From contig CP178758.1 in NCBI GenBank assembly GCA_047651235.1, forward strand, positions 1,380,001 to 1,412,000: DNA of 32,000 nucleotides. The letters run 5' to 3'. The position numbers were made by a program, and so were the translations under genes. The number at the start of each line of letters is the position of its first letter. The stretch's first letter is position 1. The notes under the pieces are model-generated. The model made no database searches and was not told where the DNA came from. It saw only the letters and a list, made by a program, of their open reading frames with translations. This DNA is from Candidatus Electrothrix yaqonensis. Lineage in GTDB: Bacteria; Desulfobacterota; Desulfobulbia; Desulfobulbales; Desulfobulbaceae. This document shows positions 7,894 to 14,814 of this stretch, in pieces.

Positions 7894-7980
7894 GAAAAAT
7901 CTTTCGGCCCTACGGCAGCTTCCCGGCCTCACTGCCCTTGGTGATGTCCCAGCCCATGTGTTCTGAAAGAGAGCGCACGG
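7894..7980 (-). repeat. 87-bp direct repeat, copy A (3' end of ORF 7910-8302 plus 16 nt)
   Basis: Reads VRSLSEHMGWDITKGSEAGKLP-stop. This is the only copy continuous with an upstream ORF. Confidence 0.88.
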
Positions 7981-8302
7981 CCTCGTCGATTTTGTCCGGG
8001 GGAATACCAGCTACTTCCGCAGCTTTCTGATTATTGCCACCGGGTTCATGCGTAAGCGCGTGAATCGGTTTTTCCTGCCTTCCCCTCTGCTTGACTCTGG
8101 GCTTCAAACCCGCATGGCTACGGGGTTCAATTTTGGGCTGTGATACCGCCGAGGCTTTTTTTATTGACTTTTTCAATTTAGTATGTCTAAATGTCCGATT
8201 GATGTTGAGGTATTTACGTATCATCGAAACGTCTATAATCGTGTTCAGAGGTTGATCCACGTTAAAAAATCGAATCTCGAAACTTCTGTTCGGAGGAATC
8301 AA
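7910..8302 (-). CDS. hypothetical basic protein, possibly a gene remnant, with a Fis-type HTH-like C-terminal segment
   Basis: The ORF is open for 130 aa, but no start has a convincing RBS. GGNNQKAAEVAGIPPDKIDEAVRSL resembles the GN..kAA..LGI.r HTH of Fis/NtrC tails. The N-terminal half is AT-rich and K/R-rich. Confidence 0.3.
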   Translation of the reverse strand: MIPPNRSFEIRFFNVDQPLNTIIDVSMIRKYLNINRTFRHTKLKKSIKKASAVSQPKIEPRSHAGLKPRVKQRGRQEKPIHALTHEPGGNNQKAAEVAGIPPDKIDEAVRSLSEHMGWDITKGSEAGKLP

Positions 8303-8573
8303 GAAAACTGTGCTGAAAATACATAAAGACCTGACTACCCTCCCCGGTTACGGGACAGCCGGGTGTCTCGCAACAACTACGTATTTGTGTATGTGAATCA
8401 TAATCGAAACGAACCGAGTAGTTTTTTGTGTAGTATTAAAATCCCCGATATGTCAAAACGCTTTTATTATATATATACAATAAGGTGGGTGGAAGACACT
8501 GCGCATACCATCATGCCTTTTTTCTATTGTAACGACCACCAATAATTTTTAGAAGGGAGAATATTAATGAATC

Positions 8574-8960
8574 ATGAAAGAAGTATGGAACAAGTGGGTT
8601 TGGAGAATAGTATTTATATCGACCTTGTTGTTTGTGTGCCATTTTGAAGTGGCAAGGGCTCACAGCCCACAAGATTTTGAGAGTCAATGCCTAAAGGCGT
8701 GTGCCGCCCACTGTTCGGTGGGCGACGATAGAGACCTATGTTTTTTGAGGTGTGACCTAGACCCATATGTGGCTTGGGATACGCGAGAGAGAATTGTGAT
8801 TGGTAAATTAGACCGTAGGAAACCAACAAATCAAAACACGCAGCGTTTCTCGCCAGCATCACACAGCATGGTATCGCAAATTGCAACGACGCCGGCACGT
8901 TCGAAATACCAAACGCCGCATCTGAAGTCAACGGCGTCACGAAACGTGAGGTCAGGATAA
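8574..8960 (+). CDS. hypothetical Cys-rich secreted protein (the real extent may be shorter)
   Basis: AAGGGAGA RBS region. Signal-like WRIVFISTLLFVCHFEVARA, then 6 Cys within 35 aa (CLKACAAHCSVGDDRDLCFLRC). The distal part of the ORF is antisense to a NACHT remnant and may be fortuitous. Confidence 0.3.
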   Translation: MKEVWNKWVWRIVFISTLLFVCHFEVARAHSPQDFESQCLKACAAHCSVGDDRDLCFLRCDLDPYVAWDTRERIVIGKLDRRKPTNQNTQRFSPASHSMVSQIATTPARSKYQTPHLKSTASRNVRSG

Positions 8961-9082
8961 TCCGAGTATCTGGGTAGTCGTTGCTGAAGCGGTGGATATC
9001 GTTGATAGCCTGCTCCCGTTCCTGCCCGTCAAAGATTTCGTCGAGACCATCCAAGAGCAGCAGGACGCGGCCCGGTGTACGC
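8944..9082 (-). pseudogene. NACHT NTPase fragment (Walker B region), distal to the IS
   Basis: RTPGRVLLLLDGLDEIFDGQEREQAINDIHRFSNDYPDTRIILTSR. Recognisable homology stops after ILTSR. Confidence 0.7.
9074..9082. repeat. target-site duplication, left copy (GGTGTACGC)
   Basis: An identical 9-mer lies at 10443-10451. Both directly abut the IS inverted repeats. Confidence 0.8.
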
Positions 9083-10442
9083 GGGTGCGATTAAAAGTGC
9101 GGTTTCTGACACCTTACGCTGCCCAGCTTATATTCTCCCAATATTTATCCCAGTATCCGTCCGCACGGTCAACTCTCAGGGAAAGCATGATTCGGGCATT
9201 TTCCGGTGTCCACCATGCGCCGGCTATTTTCAGACGTTCCTGGATGACATACCGGTGCGCACTTTCTATTTCTCCAGAACCGATAGGTAAACCAAGCTGT
9301 TGAGCATCGGGATAGTCGAACTGCCCCGGACGGTTGCTCAGGTAACGCAGGCAGCAGCGGACAGGTGCATTTTGATCTTCTGTCTTTTCCGGCTCAAGAT
9401 GAGGCTTCAATGCTTCGATCAGTTTTTTTTCCTGTCCCTTTTTCAGGCGCTCTTTCTGCTGCTTACCCCATGATCCTTTTCCGTCTTTCCCGGAACATGC
9501 CGGTGCAGCAGCCTCCAGGTATTCACAAACATGATAAAAATCGACAAGGTAACGCCCCTGTGAACCGAACTGTTTTTTCACCTGCCCGGAAATCCACGTT
9601 GCTCCGTCACCCACTGAGTGCAGATATGTACCCCGACCGAATCCCGCACGGCAGGCGCAATCAAAGAGAACCTTTCCCGACTCGTCAACGTTTTCCTGAA
9701 ATTCAACGCCGAATTTAAGCGTCCTTTCACCGAGAACATGAGCTATACTCAGGCGTGCTTCTTTCCAGCTGTGCTTTTTACCTTTGCGCCGGTCCCTGGC
9801 ATCTGTATCCGTCAGGACAATCGGAACCATGCTGCCGTCCGTCTCGGCAATAACGAAGTCCCGTCCCTTTATAGACGGATATTCTTCAATTCTCTCCTGT
9901 CGACGTCTTTCATGTATGTGTCGGGCGTGAGTCTCCGTGATATTTCGGACAGTACTTACCGGTAATGTTATCCCATAATAGACCTCCTGCAAAACTTGGT
10001 GATTTGACAGAAACGGCGGATGCCAATGTGTTTTTTTTACCGCTACGGGTACAATTACCGTCCGTCGGAAGAGCTGCCCCGGATTTTCCAATTCGACTCT
10101 CCGCCCATCCGCTGAGCACCTCATTACCCATCCGGCGAACTTCCTCAATGACCCGACTTTCGGCCTCATCAGCTTTTACAATCCCGTCTCCGTCATCACC
10201 GGCTATAGAAAGAATAGCTTGAATACGCGTTTTCAGATTTGGCTGACGGTTCAATTGATTGAGCAATTCCTTATCTTCCTGTGACAGTGAGGACATAAAT
10301 ATCTTCTCCGGGATAATATTATACGAACGGACAACACAGCATCCTGATTACTTGCTGTTTCTTTCTCAAAGAAATCAAAGTAACAGAAAAATACGCTCTC
10401 ATGCATCCCGTAATTGATAAAACCGCACTTGTAATCGCACCC
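9083..10442 (-). mobile_element. 1360-bp insertion sequence (ISKra4-like transposase)
   Basis: Terminal inverted repeats GGGTGCGATTA(A/C)AAGTGCGGTTT match at 22 of 23 positions. 9-bp TSD. A single transposase gene fills the element, and it splits a NACHT gene. Confidence 0.8.
9114..10296 (-). pseudogene. DDE transposase (ISKra4-like), in two frames joined at an A8 run
   Basis: The N-terminal ORF (10296-9910) and C-terminal ORF (10169-9114) overlap. Removing one A from the A8 run (T8 at 10031-10038 on the plus strand) fuses them to about 394 aa. The C-terminus has DFYHVCEYL and GSGEIESAHRYVIQERLKIAGAWW. The family assignment is from memory. Confidence 0.65.
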
Positions 10443-10451
10443 GGTGTACGC
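10443..10451. repeat. target-site duplication, right copy (GGTGTACGC)
   Basis: See 9074-9082. Confidence 0.8.
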
Positions 10452-11496
10452 AGCAGGGCATCAAGGTCTGTTGATTGAGGCGGTGCCAAGTACGGGCATG
10501 GTGCAAATACGAGACAAACCCCTTGCCCTTGGGACAGTCCCACTGGTTGTAGTCGCGCAGCTCAATGAGGAGAGGTAACGGCGCAGTATAACGGCGGTTG
10601 GCATCCGCATCCCGTGCCCATTCCAAGGCCAGATAGCGGAGCAAAGAGGATTTTCCGGAACCGGGATCGCCGAGAATCACCAGCCGGGGCAGTTGCGAAT
10701 CAGCACAGACATCCAGAACCGGGCGCGGTGTCTGATCAAAATAGGCCCGCCGCAGATCGTGGCGTTCGCGTTCCAGCTGCTCCAGTTCGCGGGCATCGAC
10801 CTCACCCTGCTCAATCAGGCGTTGCTGCTCTTCCTTGGGCAGCTCCAGGAGTTGGGGCCGGTAATTCTGACATTCTCGGATGGACTGGGGCACAAAAACG
10901 TTCCAGAGGCGCACCGCATTATAGGCTGCACCGTCAGTGTCCAAGCTGTCCAGACTGAGGCTGGCAAAGCGTTCCACCAAAGCCTCGGCATATTTATCCA
11001 GATCAAACTCCGGCGGCAGACCGCGCATCTCCCGCAGGGCCTCGCTATCCTTGGCTGAGCGCAAACGGGCAAAGGTCTCCCGGAGTTCCGCTGAATCCTC
11101 CCGTATGACCTCCACCGTACGGCTGAAGCGTTTGCTGATCCGCTTCCAGGAGAAATCCTCCGGCAGGGCCGGGGCATCTTCGGTCGCTGCCCATGCCTTG
11201 GCAAAAACAGCCGGATCAAGATGATAGCCCGGCTCCAGGAATAACGCGCCGATGGCCTGCTGCACTGACGGCTGCTCCAAAAAGGCGGCAACGACATCCT
11301 CCAGCTCGCGCACCTCCTCGGTCTCCACCGCATCCAGCAGCTCATCTTCCAGTTGCTTGAGCAGCTCTTTGACCGCTAAACCGATTGCCTTGGTCAGCGG
11401 CTTTTTGTTCAGGGGCGACAAGACGCTGCCGAAGCATTTGCCCACATAACTCTTGGCCGCATCTTCCGCCACCCCTTGAGCCAAATTCTCCAGCAC
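10443..11496 (-). pseudogene. NACHT/STAND NTPase, N-terminal part (unknown about 270-aa N-domain plus Walker A)
   Basis: P-loop LVILGDPGSGKSSLLRYLALEWA. Continuity with the Walker B fragment across the IS requires a different frame, so there is an additional frameshift within about 10455-10545. Apparent GTG start. Confidence 0.72.
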
Positions 11497-11676
11497 CGGG
11501 CTAAAGGCCGACCACGCAGTCTTGACACCCCAGCTTAACAGTAATCCTTCAATTATAAGAAAATGTTATCCGTATAGATTCATTGGCAGTTGTTACGGTG
11601 GAATAAGTTACAGCCGGAATTATAACAGGGTTCGGGATGGGATAGTAGTTCAACTTTTCACGATGCTGACTGCAAG

Positions 11677-14600
11677 TTATCGGTCCCCCTCTTTTCGTAT
11701 CCCGGTGGCGAACCGGCGTTCGATCTCCTGCAGCACTGCCTCCATGCGCATCCCGCGTGAACCCTTGAGCAGCAGCCAGTCATCTGCCGTCACACGGGCC
11801 TGAATCATCTCCGTGTACAACCAATCCGCCAGCGCACGGGTATCCGGAAAAACATGCACCGTGTTTTCCGGCATCCCGGCCCTGCAGGCTCCCTGGACAA
11901 CCTGCCCGGCAAAGTTACCGGTCACTGCCAGCTGATCATAACCCAGTTCTGCTGCCAGCCGTCCCACCTCGGTATGAGCAATTTCTGCTTCCTGCCCCAG
12001 TTCCAGCATGTCGCCGAGTACGGCAATCCTTCTGCACGTTCTGCGTTTATCCCCGAATCCGCTGACTGTGCGCAGAGCTGCCGCCATTGAGCCGGGATTG
12101 GCATTGTAGCAGTCATTCAGCACCTGCACGCCGCCGGGCAGGGTGGTGAGCTGCATCCGTTTGTCTGCCCCCTGATATGCCTGCAGCCCGGCGACAACCG
12201 TGTCAGGCGGGACTCCGGCAGCATGGGCCAGCGCAGCCGTAGCAAGGCAGTTGCTCACCGTGTGTGTGCCGGGTGCCTGCACGCTGATGCGCTGCTGCCA
12301 CGCCTCAATATGGAGGGTGAAGCGCATCCCGGCAGCGCCGCAGTCGGCAATCCGGGTTGCCCGGACAGCGGGCTTGTGGCGGCGACCGGCCGGGGTGCAG
12401 GCAAAACCGATGACGGTGCCGGACCGTTTCTTCAGCCTGCGCACCTGGGGATCATCGTAGTTGACCACGGTAGCAGTGTCCTGCCGCATCCCGGCAAACA
12501 GCTCTCCTTTTGCCTGGGCAACCCCTGCAATGCTGCCCAGCCCTTCCAGATGTGCAGCCTGCACATTGGTAATACAGGCTATATCAGGATCAGCAATTTC
12601 CGTCAGCCGTTTAATCTCGCCAAACCGGTTCATTCCCATTTCCATAACCGCGACCTTATGACCTGCCTCGACAGGAAGCAGGGACAGGGGCAGACCGATC
12701 AGATTATTGAAATTGCCGCCCGTTTTAAGTACAGGATCAATGCCGGTGCTGTTTTGTGTTTGTGCATAATGACGGTTGAAGATCGCAGCGGTCATCTCTT
12801 TAACTGTGGTTTTACCGCAGCTGCCGGTTATGGCGACCACCTGCACGTCCCGGTGCAGCAGCCTACGGCGATAGGCAGCCAGCTCTCCGAGTGCCTGCAG
12901 GGTATCCTGCACCTGCAGAACCGCAACATCTTCGGGAAGCTGCGGCTCTTTCGGCATATGCTGAACAATCAGCACAGCAGCCCCGGCGTCAGCTGCTGTC
13001 CGGACATAATTATGGCCATCAAACTTTTCGCCGACCAGGGCAACAAAAATATCTCCTTTTGTCAAGGTTCTTGTATCGGTCGATATCTGACCGAGCAACC
13101 CGTGCTGCCTGCCCTTGCCGATGATTTTACTTCCGGGGAGAGCCCTGAGAGCTTGGAGCAGATGCGGGATATTCCAGTGCAGCAGGCCGTTGAGGGCTTC
13201 AAGCCGGTCATCAAAAAACAGCCGCTGTTGTCCGATGATCTGGTAGTCTTCATGGCCCTTTCCGGCAAGCAGGACAATATCCTTCGGCCCTGCCAACGAA
13301 CACGCCGTATAAATAGCGGTCCTTCTGTCCTCAATGCTGCAGAAGCAGGGATGAGAAGGATAATTGACAGCCTGACTGCCGAATAACTCAGCTACGGCAA
13401 CCTCAGCAGCACCGGCAGAACGAACCCCCTCTGCAACTTGCCGGAGAATGTCCCCCGGCTCTTCCGAACGGGGATTGTCCGAGGTGACTACGATTATATC
13501 CGCAAATCCTGCCGCTGCCGCGCCCATCAGGGGACGTTTGCCCTGATCCCGGTCGCCGCCGCAGCCGAAGACGCAGATCAGCCGCCCGGAGGCAAGCGGT
13601 TTCAGGGTTTGGAGAACATTGTGCAGGGCGTCGGGTGTATGGGCATAATCAACCAGGACACAAGGCTGCTCTGCCAATGCCGCACCGGTCAGGGCAACCC
13701 GCTGCAGCCGGCCGGGCACCTGGCCGACCTCCTGCAGACCGGCAACGATCTGCTCCGGTTGCATCCTCAGCGCGAGCCCAACTCCGGCAGCCGCAAGGGC
13801 GTTGAGCACATTGTATTTTCCGGTCAGAGCGGAACGGAAGGGAAGCCTGCTGCCTGACAGGACAAGATCGCAGGCAAAGCCGTGAATATCCTGCTTGAGG
13901 TTCTCCGCATACAGGTCTGTCTGCTGCGGAGAAGCGGGCTTCAGCGCACAGGTGATCCGGAAAATACCGGGATGTTCCTGAGCAAGCTCCTGACCGAGCT
14001 GCCTGCCCCAGCTTTTTGTCCGGCCCTCCGGTGCCTCTTTTTCTCCCGAATCCGTGACAAGCACGGCCTGCCCGTCCTGTTTGAGAAAACGGGTGAACAG
14101 CAGCTTTTTGGCGGCAAAATATGCCTCCATGCTGCCGTGAAAATCCAGATGATCCCGGCTCAGATTGGTGAACACGCCGACAGCAAAACGAATCCCTGCC
14201 AGCCGTTCCTGGAGCAGGGCATGAGAGGAGGTCTCCATAATCACATGGGTCACGCCCTGATCCGCCATATCCCGGAGCAGCTGTTGCAGCGCAATCGGTC
14301 CGGGTGTGGTCAGAGGAGCCAGTTTGATCACCGGCCTGCCGGAGCGGTCAGGGTACCGGTAATTCACAGTACCGATCACCCCGACCCGGCAGCCGCAGGA
14401 CTGCAGCATCTTTTCAGTCAGCCAGGAGACCGTGGTTTTGCCGTTGGTGCCGGTCAGGCCGATCATGGTCATGGCCTCAGCCGGAAAATCATACAGGGCC
14501 GCAGCCAGGAGGCCCGGTGCTGCGTGGGAATCCCTGACCCGGATAACCGTAACACCGGGTAATACACCGGACAATTCGGGCAGACTGCCCGGTTCCTCCT

Positions 14601-14814
14601 CAACCACAACGCAGCAGCAGCCCTGATCCGCCACTTGGGGAAGAAAGGTATGGCCGTCAGCCTTTGTTCCTTTGACAGCAACAAAGAGACTGCCCGGCCC
14701 GGCTTCACGGGAATCTGCGGTAATTTGAACAATTTTTGTTTCGGTGTTTCCCTGGATGACTTCCGGGGCCAGTTCGTCGGGCAGGGCGGAGAGTAAATGC
14801 TGGAGTTTTTTCAT
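11677..14814 (-). CDS. murE-murF: fused MurE-MurF (UDP-MurNAc-L-Ala-D-Glu:meso-DAP ligase / UDP-MurNAc-tripeptide:D-Ala-D-Ala ligase)
   Basis: One uninterrupted ORF. MurE half: ITADSREAGPGSLFVA, GLTGTNGKTT, DYAHTPDAL, GCGGDRDQGKRP, DNPRSEEP, GKGHEDYQ. MurF half: ISTDTRTLTKGDIFVAL, ITGSCGKTTVKEM, NNLIGLPLSLL, NDCYNANPGSM, VLGDMLELG, LKGSRGMRME. The ATG at 14814 overlaps the ftsI-like stop (ATGA). Confidence 0.9.
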   Translation of the reverse strand: MKKLQHLLSALPDELAPEVIQGNTETKIVQITADSREAGPGSLFVAVKGTKADGHTFLPQVADQGCCCVVVEEEPGSLPELSGVLPGVTVIRVRDSHAAPGLLAAALYDFPAEAMTMIGLTGTNGKTTVSWLTEKMLQSCGCRVGVIGTVNYRYPDRSGRPVIKLAPLTTPGPIALQQLLRDMADQGVTHVIMETSSHALLQERLAGIRFAVGVFTNLSRDHLDFHGSMEAYFAAKKLLFTRFLKQDGQAVLVTDSGEKEAPEGRTKSWGRQLGQELAQEHPGIFRITCALKPASPQQTDLYAENLKQDIHGFACDLVLSGSRLPFRSALTGKYNVLNALAAAGVGLALRMQPEQIVAGLQEVGQVPGRLQRVALTGAALAEQPCVLVDYAHTPDALHNVLQTLKPLASGRLICVFGCGGDRDQGKRPLMGAAAAGFADIIVVTSDNPRSEEPGDILRQVAEGVRSAGAAEVAVAELFGSQAVNYPSHPCFCSIEDRRTAIYTACSLAGPKDIVLLAGKGHEDYQIIGQQRLFFDDRLEALNGLLHWNIPHLLQALRALPGSKIIGKGRQHGLLGQISTDTRTLTKGDIFVALVGEKFDGHNYVRTAADAGAAVLIVQHMPKEPQLPEDVAVLQVQDTLQALGELAAYRRRLLHRDVQVVAITGSCGKTTVKEMTAAIFNRHYAQTQNSTGIDPVLKTGGNFNNLIGLPLSLLPVEAGHKVAVMEMGMNRFGEIKRLTEIADPDIACITNVQAAHLEGLGSIAGVAQAKGELFAGMRQDTATVVNYDDPQVRRLKKRSGTVIGFACTPAGRRHKPAVRATRIADCGAAGMRFTLHIEAWQQRISVQAPGTHTVSNCLATAALAHAAGVPPDTVVAGLQAYQGADKRMQLTTLPGGVQVLNDCYNANPGSMAAALRTVSGFGDKRRTCRRIAVLGDMLELGQEAEIAHTEVGRLAAELGYDQLAVTGNFAGQVVQGACRAGMPENTVHVFPDTRALADWLYTEMIQARVTADDWLLLKGSRGMRMEAVLQEIERRFATGIRKEGDR

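Noticed and set aside
6400-11705. A shared CTC[C/T]TTTCGTATCCCG at 6402-6417 and at the murEF 3' end (about 11688-11703), considered as possible att-type direct repeats bounding the whole 5.3-kb islet.
   Set aside because: Only 15 of 16 nt match, with 11 nt exact. By rough expectation, matches of this size occur by chance many times among all position pairs in 32 kb. There is no supporting recombinase.
12223-13386. Long antisense ORFs opposite real genes: 12223-13386 (+), 13882-14562 (+), 15153-16421 (+), 22190-23398 (+), 20769-21437 (+), 23600-24388 (+), 24786-25577 (+), 26515-27249 (+), 27718-28560 (+), 31176-31871 (+).
   Set aside because: Each lies fully within a confidently identified gene on the opposite strand. 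They have low-complexity or Arg/Pro/Gly-skewed composition typical of shadow ORFs, with no RBS or recognisable motifs.
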